Assembly (NCBI GenBank): GCA_963847445.1
Contig: CAWJZV010000046.1
Span: forward strand, 422,564 to 486,563
Length of the DNA stretch: 64,000 nt
Direction: 5' to 3'
DNA from: an uncultured delta proteobacterium
Lineage (GTDB): Bacteria; Desulfobacterota; Binatia; UBA9968
Shown here in pieces: positions 1 through 10,019 of this stretch; the stretch's first letter is position 1, and every line of letters begins with the position of its first letter. Position numbers and translations under genes: made by a program. Below the pieces are notes generated by a model. The model had not been told where the DNA came from. It saw only the letters and a program-made list of their open reading frames with translations, and ran no database searches.

Positions 1-993
1 CTGTGCGGTATCTGCGGCAGCGATTATCATTACTACGTCGAGGGCCACCATTGGCCGTACCAGCCGCCGCCGCAGATTCTCGGTCATGAGGTGGTCGGGC
101 GCATCAGCGATATTTCTAGCGAGGCCGCCAAACATTGGAAGGTGAAAGAAGGCGATCTGGTCATTGTCGAGTCGGCGGTCACTTGCCACCGCTGCCGCTA
201 TTGCACCACCGGCAATTCTTCGCTGTGCTCGACCAAACGGAGCTACGGCATGAGCGCGAGCATGAACGAGCCGCCGTACTTATGGGGCGGCTATTCGCAG
301 TACATGTATCTTCATCCCGATGCGATTCTTCACGTCGTGCCGGCCGGAGTTTCTGAGCATGAGGCGGTGCTGTTCAGTGGGCTGGCCAACGGCGTCAAGT
401 GGGCGCAGCGGATTCCGGCGTTGAGCCTCGGCGATGCCATCGTCATTCTCGGTCCGGGCCAGCAGGGTTTGGGATGCGTGCTGGCGAGTTCGATGACCGG
501 CGCCAATCCGATCATCGTCGCCGGCCTGGAGCGTGACGCCAAGCGCTTGGAAATTGCCAAAACATTGGGTGCCACGCATACGATCTTTTCCGACCAAGCG
601 CCGCTGCTGGAACAGATTCGAAACATTACCGGCCCAGAGCTGGCCGATGTGGTGGTCGATGTCACCGGCAGCACCGCCGCTCAGGAAGTCGCCGTCGATC
701 TGGTCCGGCGCGGCGGCACGGTAGTGCTCGCCGGACGGACGCCGAAAAAAACCATTCCCTTCGTCATGGACAAACTCACCAGCCGCGGCATCAAAATGAT
801 CGGCGTGCGCGCCCACGACTCGGAAGACGTGCGCAAGGCGGTGGCGGTCATCAGCGCGCGCCGGCATCAGCTGGCCAATCTGCTCACCCATGAAGTGTCG
901 CTTAAAGAGGCCGATCTTGCCTTGCGGCTGATCGGCCAGGAAGTTCCGGGCGAGGAAGCGATTCACGTCGCGATCAATCCATGGCGTGACTGA
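1..993 (+). CDS. Zn-dependent alcohol/polyol dehydrogenase (MDR family), 5'-truncated by window edge
   Basis: Frame from base 1 reads LCGICGSDYHYY...GHEVVG; structural Zn CHRCRYC..C; Rossmann GPGQQG. Confidence 0.9.
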   Translation: MCGICGSDYHYYVEGHHWPYQPPPQILGHEVVGRISDISSEAAKHWKVKEGDLVIVESAVTCHRCRYCTTGNSSLCSTKRSYGMSASMNEPPYLWGGYSQYMYLHPDAILHVVPAGVSEHEAVLFSGLANGVKWAQRIPALSLGDAIVILGPGQQGLGCVLASSMTGANPIIVAGLERDAKRLEIAKTLGATHTIFSDQAPLLEQIRNITGPELADVVVDVTGSTAAQEVAVDLVRRGGTVVLAGRTPKKTIPFVMDKLTSRGIKMIGVRAHDSEDVRKAVAVISARRHQLANLLTHEVSLKEADLALRLIGQEVPGEEAIHVAINPWRD

Positions 994-1039
994 GTCCGGA
1001 TGACCGCCATCGCTACATAACCCAACCAAGGAGTTCACA

Positions 1040-2140
1040 ATGGATAAGAAATCTCTCGCTGCCGTCATCGTCGACAAACGGCGCATGGAGATGCGCGAGT
1101 TCGCCGTGCCCGACCCCGGCGCCGATGACGCGGTTCTGAGAGTGGAAGCCTGCGGCATCTGCGGCAGCGATTATCACTACTACAAGGAACTCGATCACTG
1201 GCCCTATCTGCAGCCGCCGCATATCATGGGCCACGAAGTAGTCGGCCGCATCGGCGCCATCGGCCGCGACGCCAGCCGGCAGTGGAAACTCAAAGAGGGC
1301 GATCTGGTCGCCGTCGAAGCGCCGGTGACCTGCCAGCGCTGCCGCTATTGTCTCACCGGCAACGCGACGTTGTGCGCCGACAAGCGCAGCTACGGCATCA
1401 GCGCCAGCATGGCCGATCCGCCGCACCTATGGGGCGGCTACGCGCAGTACATGTATCTCCATCCCAATTCGATTCTGCACCCGGTGCCCGCCGGCGTGAC
1501 GCCGCAGGCGGCGGTGCTCTACACCTGCGTGTCGAACGGTTTGAAATGGGCGCAGCGCGTGCCGGCGCTCAGCCCCGGCGACTCCATCGTCATTCTCGGC
1601 CCCGGCCAGCAAGGTCTCGGCTGTGTCTTGGCCGCGGCGATGGCCGGCGCGGCACCGATCGTTGTCGCCGGTCTGGAAGCGGATGCGCAGCGGCTCGCCG
1701 TGGCCAAAGAGTTGGGAGCGACACACTTGATCTATTCCGAGCGTGGGCCGCTCGCCGAGCAGGTAAAAAATATTCTCGGTTCCGAGATGGCGGATGTGGT
1801 CGTCGACGTCACCGGCAGTGTGTCGGCCCAACAAGCAACCGTCGATCTGGTTCGTCGCGGCGGCACGATCGTATTGGCCGGCCGCACACCCAATCAATCC
1901 GTGCAGTTCGAAATGGACAAAGTCGCCAGCCGCGGCATAACCATGATCGGCGTGCGCGGCCATGAGTCCGACGACATCCGGCGCGCCCTGAGCGTCATCG
2001 CCGCGCGGCCCGACGCCGCAGCGCGACTGACGACTCATGAAGTGCCATTGAAAGACGCCGATTATGCGCTCCGGCTGATCGGCCAGGAAGTGCCCGGCGA
2101 GAATGCGATTCATGTTTCGCTCAATCCGTGGATGTCGTAA
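1040..2140 (+). CDS. Zn-dependent alcohol/polyol dehydrogenase (MDR family), tandem paralogue
   Basis: CGICGSD, GHEVVG, CQRCRYC..C and GPGQQG motifs; AAGGAG RBS upstream. Confidence 0.92.
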   Translation: MDKKSLAAVIVDKRRMEMREFAVPDPGADDAVLRVEACGICGSDYHYYKELDHWPYLQPPHIMGHEVVGRIGAIGRDASRQWKLKEGDLVAVEAPVTCQRCRYCLTGNATLCADKRSYGISASMADPPHLWGGYAQYMYLHPNSILHPVPAGVTPQAAVLYTCVSNGLKWAQRVPALSPGDSIVILGPGQQGLGCVLAAAMAGAAPIVVAGLEADAQRLAVAKELGATHLIYSERGPLAEQVKNILGSEMADVVVDVTGSVSAQQATVDLVRRGGTIVLAGRTPNQSVQFEMDKVASRGITMIGVRGHESDDIRRALSVIAARPDAAARLTTHEVPLKDADYALRLIGQEVPGENAIHVSLNPWMS

Positions 2141-2330
2141 GTGTCAGGACTCAGCAATTTGCAAATCGCGGGAATCCAGGTTCTGACGCTTCCACCTCAC
2201 CGCAGCTTGGACCAGCGGTCCAAAATTGATGGTGATAGTGTTCAAAGCGAAAGAAGGATGGACGTTAATTCTCCGAGCGCCGCCTGATCCCAAATGACAG
2301 GTGCCGCGCGAGTAACAATTTGCACATAAA

Positions 2331-2990
2331 ATGGAGGCGATCTTGAAAACCAGCGTCAAAAAAGTCGATGTGCCGGCGGAGCACTATGATCGATTATTTA
2401 TTCCGGTCGCCTGCGTCGTGTCGATCACCACTGTAGATACGGCCGGTCGGGTCAACGGCGCATCGTTTGCGACCTGCGTGAGAGTGCATCATGAGCCCAC
2501 CTGCATCGCGTTCTGCGTCGACTCGCATAAGGACACTTACAAAAACGTGCTCGCGACCAAGCAGTTTGTCGTCAACATACCGTCTTTCGATCGGGAGATT
2601 TTGGAAAAAGTCCGGACTCTGGGATTGCCCTTCGCGCCTGGTGTGAACGAGCTGGAAAAAGCCGGGCTGACGGCGCTGCCGTCGAAGGTGGTCAAGCCGC
2701 CGCGCATCGCCGAGTACAAAAGTCATTTCGAATGCCAGGTCGAATGGACCAAGGAATGGTTTGGCACGCGGCTCATGGTGGTCGGCCGAGTGGTCGCTGC
2801 GTCGGTCGATGAAGACTGTATCGATGAAAAAGGCTGGGCGATTCTCGACAAGCTGCGGCCGGCGCACTACTGTGGCCAGGCCTACTCGGGGGACAATAAA
2901 TACCGCTTCGTCGCGTCCTATGAAATGATGGAGATCGACACCGTCTATGATGGCCCCGAAGCGAGCGGCAAAGACACGCGCAAACCATAG
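2331..2990 (+). CDS. Flavin reductase family protein (DIM6/NtaB-like)
   Basis: ITTVD..GRVNGA, KDTYKNVLATKQFVVNI, PSKVVKPPRIAE..FEC pattern. Confidence 0.85.
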   Translation: MEAILKTSVKKVDVPAEHYDRLFIPVACVVSITTVDTAGRVNGASFATCVRVHHEPTCIAFCVDSHKDTYKNVLATKQFVVNIPSFDREILEKVRTLGLPFAPGVNELEKAGLTALPSKVVKPPRIAEYKSHFECQVEWTKEWFGTRLMVVGRVVAASVDEDCIDEKGWAILDKLRPAHYCGQAYSGDNKYRFVASYEMMEIDTVYDGPEASGKDTRKP

Positions 2991-3071
2991 GAGAGATGAC
3001 GTCGTGAAGCCCCGGTATTCTCTTTCACTGTATCGATCGCTTGGCCTGTCCGCGGAGCTCTGGCTCGGTCG

Positions 3072-3165
3072 GCTTACGTGAAGAGCTGCAATCGTTAGCT
3101 GACCGCCTGATGGTGCAGCCCGCCGAGGTGGTCAATCAGGTCAAGAAGATTTTGCGCCGAAATAA
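3072..3165 (+). pseudogene. C-terminal remnant of a TctC/Bug-type solute-binding protein
   Basis: LREELQSLADRLMVQPAEVVNQVKKIL resembles the C-terminus of the TctC protein ending at 47382 (GEELETIGKRVMTQPADVIERMKKIL); no upstream gene body. Confidence 0.45.
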
Positions 3166-3267
3166 GCGAGGTGATGAGAGCATGCGCTGCTGGTTCGGTT
3201 GCCATCTAGGTATCAGCGAGAGGCTTTGCTACTTTACCGGTGAATGCATCAAAGTTGGAGGCTCTCC

Positions 3268-3649
3268 ATGCCAACTGTCCGGTACCTAACGATCTTGTTC
3301 GCCTTGTTTCTCTCAATGCCGGCGGCGGCGCAGATACAGTATCAATTTCAGGACCAGCCCCGGCCTGAAGCCGACGTGGTCGTGGTAAACCATACGCTTC
3401 AAGTGCGCGGCTCGGCTGACGTTGTGGATGGTCGGCCGCGTGTTCAATCGCGGGCTCAAACCGGCGCGTAACGTCCGCGTAGTGCCGCTGCTGACGAACC
3501 TTTACGGCTCCCGGTTGCCAACCAATACCATCTATCTCAACCCGTCGGACGTGCTGCCGACGAGCTTCGCAAACTTTGAGGCGCGCGTGGGATCGTCGAT
3601 GGATGTTCGCGATGTGATTTCGCATGCAACGGCCGAGTGGGATCCATGA
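3268..3649 (+). CDS. Secreted protein with FxLYD-like beta domain (frameshift near 3420)
   Basis: GGAGG RBS, signal peptide MPTVRYLTILFALFLSMPAAAQ, second frame GRVFNRG.KPARNVRV...LNPSDVLPTSFANFE. Confidence 0.55.
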
Positions 3650-3799
3650 TCGGATTGAGAACACAATCGGCAAATTGTCAATGGTTGAGGCGGACAACCT
3701 GACCCCGGCAATTGGCGGTGCGGAATACAGCGCAGATCGCCGCAATCCAGCACGACAATTCATGCGCAGGATCTACACGGACCATGCCCGCCTCGATCG

Positions 3800-4117
3800 T
3801 TATAACGCTTCGGCGTGTAAACGAACGCCAAGGGCCTTGGCAACTCTCAGGACTGTGGCAAAGCTTGGATTACCTTTATTGCTCAGCGCCTTGTATAAGC
3901 TTTCGCGACTAAGGCCCGCATCGCGTGCCACACTCGACATTCCTTTGGCACGAGCGATATCGCCGAGCGCTCTAGCGATACCGGCCGGGTCATCTGGCGC
4001 TTCGTTCAGCCACGCGTCGAGATACGCAGCCCTTTCATCCGGTGTGCGCAGCTGTGCTGCTACATCATAAGGCACAGTCTTTGTTTTTCCGGTGGATTTA
4101 GATAACTTTTTGCGCAT
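3800..4117 (-). CDS. Addiction module antidote protein (HI1420-like HTH antitoxin)
   Basis: YDVAAQLRT..AAYL, ALGDIARAKGMSSVARDAGLSRESLYKALS..GNPSFATV. Confidence 0.92.
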   Translation of the reverse strand: MRKKLSKSTGKTKTVPYDVAAQLRTPDERAAYLDAWLNEAPDDPAGIARALGDIARAKGMSSVARDAGLSRESLYKALSNKGNPSFATVLRVAKALGVRLHAEAL

Positions 4118-4127
4118 GATTGTTCTC

Positions 4128-4415
4128 CTACAGATTTTGCGCCAGCGAAATGGCTTTTTGTATGTCTCGCTGTTGAGTTGATTTGTCCCCACCTGCTAGC
4201 AGAATGATGATTTCGTCTCCGCGTTCCATGTAGTAGACCCGATACCCGGGACCAAAATCGATCTTAAGCTCGCAGACACCTTCGGTGAGCCGCCGATATT
4301 GCCCGGGGTTTCCGTGCACGAGTCGATCGACCCGCACCTGAATGCGCGCGCGGCCTGTACGGTCTTTGAGAGAGTTGATCCAGTCCCGATAGACCTCGGT
4401 CATCCCCACTCGCAT
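4128..4415 (-). CDS. Addiction module killer protein (RelE/ParE-family toxin, HI1419-like)
   Basis: ARIQVRVDRL..GNPG, GVCELKIDFGPGYRVYY, LLAGGDKSTQQRDI. Confidence 0.92.
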   Translation of the reverse strand: MRVGMTEVYRDWINSLKDRTGRARIQVRVDRLVHGNPGQYRRLTEGVCELKIDFGPGYRVYYMERGDEIIILLAGGDKSTQQRDIQKAISLAQNL

Positions 4416-4589
4416 AGTTGCATTGTAACCTATAGGCTACATGCGTCAAGGGAGAAGTTGTTGATTCTAGGGAGAAGACCGCGATCACAGTCAGGAACTC
4501 TGTGCTAGCTCGATGAAATCCAGGAAGGGTTCAGCGTTTGCCATTGCGGTTGCCGATTACGTGGAATCGGCTGGTTACTCTGTGACATT

Positions 4590-5895
4590 TTACTGTTTGA
4601 TATCTCGCGGCGCGGTCTTTTTTAGCAACAAGGCGAGAAGCTCGAGGCGCTCCTTAGAAAGATTCTTGAGCGCGGATGACGAACCATCGCTCTCGCGGGC
4701 ATACGCCTCTTGCTTCACCGCAGGCACAGCAGCCAGATTTTCCAGATATTCCTCAACCGGCGCGATCGAAAGCTTCGAAACGTAATTCTCTGCGGCCTCC
4801 CGGGAGGCTGTGGATAGCTCGTCATAATGCTGCCGATCAGAGAGAAGTCGCTTCAACGCGTCGAGCCAAGGCCGAATATCTTGATCGGGGACGAACGGGA
4901 CTGGAAGCATCTGGTCATCTCGGCGCGTCTGGTAGCGCGCGATGGGCTCAACCGGCAAGAGATAGTCCACGCCTAGTTTTGCTTCGGGTAGGCCGCCAAG
5001 ATTGCTAGCCAAGACCGGGATTCCTCTGAGCATCGACTCGACGACGATCTTGCCAAAGGCTTCCCCCCACAGCGATGGCACCAGCATAATGCGGGTCCGG
5101 GCGAAAATCTGATCTATATCCTCGGTCGGCTGAAGCAGCTCCACATTAGGAAATTGTTTTAGGGCAACCCGGTCTGCAGCGGTAGTGGCCCAAGTCGGCA
5201 CTGCGGCAAACCTTTCCGCAGGTAAAGCGCGCGCCAGCTCTAAAAAAATGGCAATGCCTTTGATCGCCGACGGGTTGACCATCGTAATGAAGGCGTTATC
5301 CAATGATCCGGAGTGGGGCCACGGTGGGCTCCCGTAAGCCGGCAAGGAAATGGCGACCGAGTCCAGGCCGCCCCATTTATAAATATAACTCTTCAGGTAA
5401 TTGCTGACCGCTATGATTCCAGCCGTCCGCTGTAGCATTTGTGTCCTTCAACGGATCCGGCGAAAAACACTCGGGACCGAAAGGCAGAGTCGCCTGGCTG
5501 TGCGATAGATAAACAACACGTCCCGGCATGCTCTCCAGGGCAGCCGCCAGGGCAAGATAACTAGGATCCTCGGATATCAAAATCCAATCCGGCGAAAACT
5601 CTCCGACCTGCTTCAGAAGCTGGCCGCAAAATTGACTGGTGTCGGCGAGTTGGTGAACCTGAACGCCCTGGAGATCAAATCTCTCGGTGCAAGGCGAGAA
5701 TCCCGCTTCGGTCGGATTCAATGACTCGTTGCGCGATCCGCGGCGCGACGCGAAATGCGTTGCGGTGTGCGCCAACGCGAGGACTCTGCACAGGTGGCCT
5801 CTTCGGCTAAGATATTGCAGCAGCTCGCGGTTTGATTTTGCCGCCCCGGTCCAGCTCGGCGAATACGATAATTTCTGCGCCAGAAATATTTTCAC
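4590..5895 (-). CDS. Glycosyltransferase family 4 (GT-B) with C-terminal docking-like helix (frameshift near 5440)
   Basis: N-part MKIFLAQ..GAAKSNRELLQYLSRRGH; C-part PSLWGEAFGKIVVESMLRGIPVLASNLGGLPE; tail NLSKERLELLALLLKK. Confidence 0.85.
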
Positions 5896-5908
5896 GAAAT
5901 CGCCAAAC

Positions 5909-8107
5909 TCAGTCCTGGCTCTGATCTCTTCTGGCTAGCAAGGATTCAACCTGATCATCGGATAGTCCTTCGATTTTCTTCAAAACCGCATCAAGTTCAT
6001 CGACGCTGGCTGCATCGGCTTGTGCCATTAGAATCTCTCGGCAGAGTCCGCCAATAGTAAGTTTAGTCGTAAAGAATAGTCTCACTGGGAGCTCAACGCC
6101 CAAATCTTTTCGGATGCGGGAGAGAACCTGCATACCGAGAAGGGAGTGACCTCCCAAATCGAAAAAGTTGTCATCGACGCCAATACGCTCCAATCCCAGC
6201 AACTCCGACCACATGTGAGCCAGACGGTACTCGAGCGGAGAACGCGGAGGCACGAACGGCACGACGTCCCGCGGCAGAGGACGGCGCGTTTGTAAAACCA
6301 CCTGGTGGATTCGCTCGGCGTCATTAAGTTCAATGGCAATAGAACTTAACAGCGACGCCTTTTCTCGGGCATCTCCCGAATCGGCGGAAATGACCGAAGG
6401 AGCCTCGTTCTCGGCGCTCGTCGCGGTGATTGTCGCCGCCTCCGGCGGCCGGTATTCGATGGCCGCCGCATACACGGCGGGAAATCTGAAAAGAAAACCT
6501 CCGTCAATTGTTTCCTTCAAATCCGCGCCGACAATCTCCAAAAACTCCAAGGCGGGGCGATTTTTCTTGGTTTGGAGATAGCGCACTTCGACTCGGTTTA
6601 AACCTCGCTGCATGGCAATTTCGCCTAGTCTCGACAGCAGGCGATGCTCGACGCCTTTGCCGAGCGCGCGACAGCTCAGCAGGAAGGTGTCCACGAGAAT
6701 GCCATCAACGGCGGTAAAAATTATCACGCCAACGAGGCCATAGTCGCCAAACCGGTCTCTCAGGTTTACGATGAGACACTCCGCGTCGTGTCCTTGACAG
6801 AGGCGCTGAATGTCGCTCTCGGAACGTCGCTGGGTCGTAAAGTTAAACTGATTGGTTCTCTGGGTTAATTCCGCCACGCGGGGAATTTGCTGCGGAACTA
6901 ATGGCGAAATCTCAATTTTCAGATCGAGACCCGCTAGAAAATCCCTGAAACTAAGCGATGCATTGTGAAAGCTCGTCCGCTCTGAGCTCTGTTTGTAGGC
7001 TAGATTGCGTTGTTGCCCCTCGGCGGTGACCTTGAGATGATCAAAGATCCACAGATGTGATAAAAACCGCCCCGCCTGTTCCGGGTCCCGCGGAACTTGG
7101 AAGGTTAACACTTCAGGGCAGTGCGATTGCACTTCCGCGCACTCGACAGGATCGTCATCGAGAAAGATGAAACTGTCGCTGCCGAGGTTCAACTCCTGCG
7201 CTAAAGCTCTGATGTTTTCCGATTTTTGCCGCCAATTGATTCGCCGGGCGACAAAATGTTCGAGTTTCAAAGGCATATCGGAACGATTTGCAAACACCTC
7301 GACGACATCCGCTTCATTGTTTTTGCTGCACAAACAAAGAAGCATTCCGGCATGATATTGTTCGAGCAGGAACTCTTGGATTTTTTTCCACGGCGGAGTT
7401 ATCGCTATGCCAGCCGCGCCTTCTTCGCCGCATACCCCGCCCCAGAGCGTCTGATCGCAATCCAACACGATTACCTTATAGGGGTTGCTCGTAAGGCTGT
7501 AAATCTTCCGCGCGAGCATTGTCGCCAAGGCGCTGAAGAATAATGGCGTGTACGGGATATGGGCTAAACTGTCAGTGTGAGGATCATGATATTCCGCTAC
7601 CGGATAGCAGGCGAATAGTTCAGCTGGCGAAATGACGTGGACTCCAGGTATTTCTTGCAATTCGGCCTGCAGCGACGCTGCTATATCTTCGAAAAATCGT
7701 TTTCTGTCCGGGTCCATCACAACCGCCGGTGACGCCGGACACAAACAGACGATCTGCGGCGTCGCCGAGCGCTCGGCGGCGGTTGTAACGGCGCGCGCAA
7801 AGTCGCGCGCGTCACGTTCGAGCGCCGGAAACGACAGTTCGGCAGCTTGCCGCCCTGCGGCACTCTTTTGCCAGTCTTCAAAGCATACCAGAATAATATT
7901 GACACCCGTGCGGTTGGTGCCGAGCAAGCTAGACGGATCCACGAGCTGTTGAAATACCTGGTTGTACGGCGCAAAAGTGATCCGCGCCGGTATCTGGAGT
8001 TCCTCCAGCCAGAACGTCAGCGGTCGCTCGAGGGGCTCCGCCGTAAAGGTAGCAGTGATCGCAATCGTTCGCTCTGCGTTCCTAGGATCCAATTCATCAT
8101 TCAACAT
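5909..8107 (-). CDS. FkbH-like (HAD-IIIC) glyceryl transferase/phosphatase with C-terminal carrier (PP-binding) domain
   Basis: KVIVLDCDQTLWGG, CSKNNEADV, FLDDDPVEC, LTQRTNQFN, DRFGDYGLVG, LSCRALGKGVE; carrier motif FFDLGGHSLL. Confidence 0.93.
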   Translation of the reverse strand: MLNDELDPRNAERTIAITATFTAEPLERPLTFWLEELQIPARITFAPYNQVFQQLVDPSSLLGTNRTGVNIILVCFEDWQKSAAGRQAAELSFPALERDARDFARAVTTAAERSATPQIVCLCPASPAVVMDPDRKRFFEDIAASLQAELQEIPGVHVISPAELFACYPVAEYHDPHTDSLAHIPYTPLFFSALATMLARKIYSLTSNPYKVIVLDCDQTLWGGVCGEEGAAGIAITPPWKKIQEFLLEQYHAGMLLCLCSKNNEADVVEVFANRSDMPLKLEHFVARRINWRQKSENIRALAQELNLGSDSFIFLDDDPVECAEVQSHCPEVLTFQVPRDPEQAGRFLSHLWIFDHLKVTAEGQQRNLAYKQSSERTSFHNASLSFRDFLAGLDLKIEISPLVPQQIPRVAELTQRTNQFNFTTQRRSESDIQRLCQGHDAECLIVNLRDRFGDYGLVGVIIFTAVDGILVDTFLLSCRALGKGVEHRLLSRLGEIAMQRGLNRVEVRYLQTKKNRPALEFLEIVGADLKETIDGGFLFRFPAVYAAAIEYRPPEAATITATSAENEAPSVISADSGDAREKASLLSSIAIELNDAERIHQVVLQTRRPLPRDVVPFVPPRSPLEYRLAHMWSELLGLERIGVDDNFFDLGGHSLLGMQVLSRIRKDLGVELPVRLFFTTKLTIGGLCREILMAQADAASVDELDAVLKKIEGLSDDQVESLLARRDQSQD

Positions 8108-8128
8108 TGTGTCTATTGCTCCATCGAT

Positions 8129-9629
8129 TTAGGCGATGTGACCTGACCATAAATGTGCAGCAGCCTTACTGCTCTCGAGCTGGTGCACCGTCACGAGGCG
8201 TCCGACAACGGCTTCGGCGAGCGCGACGCGCGGATAGCGGCCCTGTGGCCCGCCCCCGGAAGCATCGATGTTTTTAGCGCCGGCGAGGTTGACCCAAAAG
8301 GGATCATCTTCGGTCCTCGGCTTATCTGGGCCGACCATACGGCGCAGCGCGGCCGCGCTGCGCCAGCTTGCGGCTCCAACGGCAATCCAGCATTGGTAGC
8401 GGTCCGGACTAGTCGTTAAAGTCAAAAACGCGTGAGGTCGCACCGCTTCGGCTGCCTGAGAATCGAGTTGATCGACCATTACCATCAAGGGTTCGCCCGG
8501 CCGGTCATTGGTCAGAGGCCGGATCATAACGTTTAAGTTTCCGATCGTCTGCAGCTTGCAAATGCGCTGGCAATCTCTCGAATAGTTGGTCGGGATCTAA
8601 AGCAGCCTCGGAAACAAGCAACTCGCCGGAATCAGTCGTCAGCAACAAGTCAAACCGATCCTTATCGACAGACAAAAATAGCGCAATGATGAGCTGCGCC
8701 TGCTCCAAGCAGGAGCGGGAATCAGTCGGTCCAGTTTCGCGGACGTCGAGACCGGTCATCAGGCGACGGTGCCCTCGGGCCCAGCGTGAAGTTGTGTGAT
8801 CCGCTTCAGGTGCAGTCTTGTCTGTAAAGAAGCGCACGGTCGCGACGTTCCACTTTTGATTAAAATGCTGGACTGTCCTCAGGTTCCAAGCTTCACTCCA
8901 GCGCAACATGAAATAGGGTAGATCCGACTCTTCACAAGGAGGCGGCGGAACGTAGCTGGTGACCGCCGTCGGCTCGATGTATACCGCTCCTCCGGCCTTT
9001 TGCACTTCCAAACACAGGTCAATGTGCTCCTGGTGGCTCAATAACTTTTCATCCAGCGGGCCGAGTTTCGCGAACACGTCCGTGCGAACCAACATGCAAT
9101 GGAATTCCGCGTAGTCCCAAGCGCTTCTTTGGAGCGGCACTTCTAGGTTAGCCATGGGAGTATCGAAAAGATATTGCTCGTCGTAAAGCACTCTTTGCCC
9201 TTGTTGCTCGGTGAATTTTAAAATTCCCCCCGCCATGTGGATCTTCTGGCGCTCGATCTCACCAAAAAGATAAAGCGGTCCGACAATCCATGCTCCTGTT
9301 TCTTCGGCGCATTGCACTAAGGCCTCGAGCCAACCGCGCGTGACCAGCGCATCATTGTCCACGAAGACGATGTATTCGGTGCTGATCTCGCTGGCGCCGA
9401 GATTTCGCGCTTGGTTAGGCGACAAAAATTGGTCCGTGTGGATAAGTTTGAAGCCCTTTGATTCCGCCTTCGCTGCGATCCGACGGTACATAGGTTCGGG
9501 GGTGCCGGCGCTGACGTAAATCAGTTTGAAAGGAAGTGTCGTTTCCTGGTAAACGTTTTCGAGGGTGCGCTCACTATGGCTGAAACGCTCCCTCGGTACT
9601 ATCACGACGGTGACTTGTGGTTCTGACAT
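8129..9629 (-). CDS. Glycosyltransferase family 2 fused to a RepB'-type DNA-primase-like domain (apparent single-base frameshift at about 8533)
   Basis: GT2: VTVVIVPRE, ARNLGA, FVDNDA, EHIDLC. Removing one A joins DDRKL to NVMIRP...VDQLD...AFLTLTTSPDRYQCWIAV...LAGAKN...YPRV, a RepB-primase-like pattern. Confidence 0.7.
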
Positions 9630-10019
9630 AATAAAAGACTCAGGTATCGGCCGATCCCGTTGCAGATCATTCCAGCTTCTAACTTCCTTTTGCGGAATCT
9701 GACCGGCCGCATGCGGTCCTGACTTCTTGCTCCTTTTTGTCCATCACCGGCATTATCGTACATTATCCACGTATCCGCCAAGCGAATACATTATCGGCAG
9801 TCGATCGAGCTTCGGCGGTCTGAGCTGCAATATGACGGAGTTCGCTCTAGCGGTTAAAATCAGTCAGAGTCTTCGGGTCGGAAGTCTCAGGGCGGGTTCA
9901 GACTTCGTGACAAACTAAGCCTAGTCGCGCCTGCCGGTCGGTAGTGCAAAGCTCAAAATGAAATCCACGGGGGTTCGGTTTTTACCTTATCAGTTACCGC
10001 TGGCAAAACCCGAAAATGA

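Noticed and set aside
9630-10019. Riboswitch or ops element upstream of the GT/FkbH unit
   Set aside because: Only partial look-alike words (GGCAAAACCCGAAA, GGTCGGTAG), on the wrong strand and without supporting stems.
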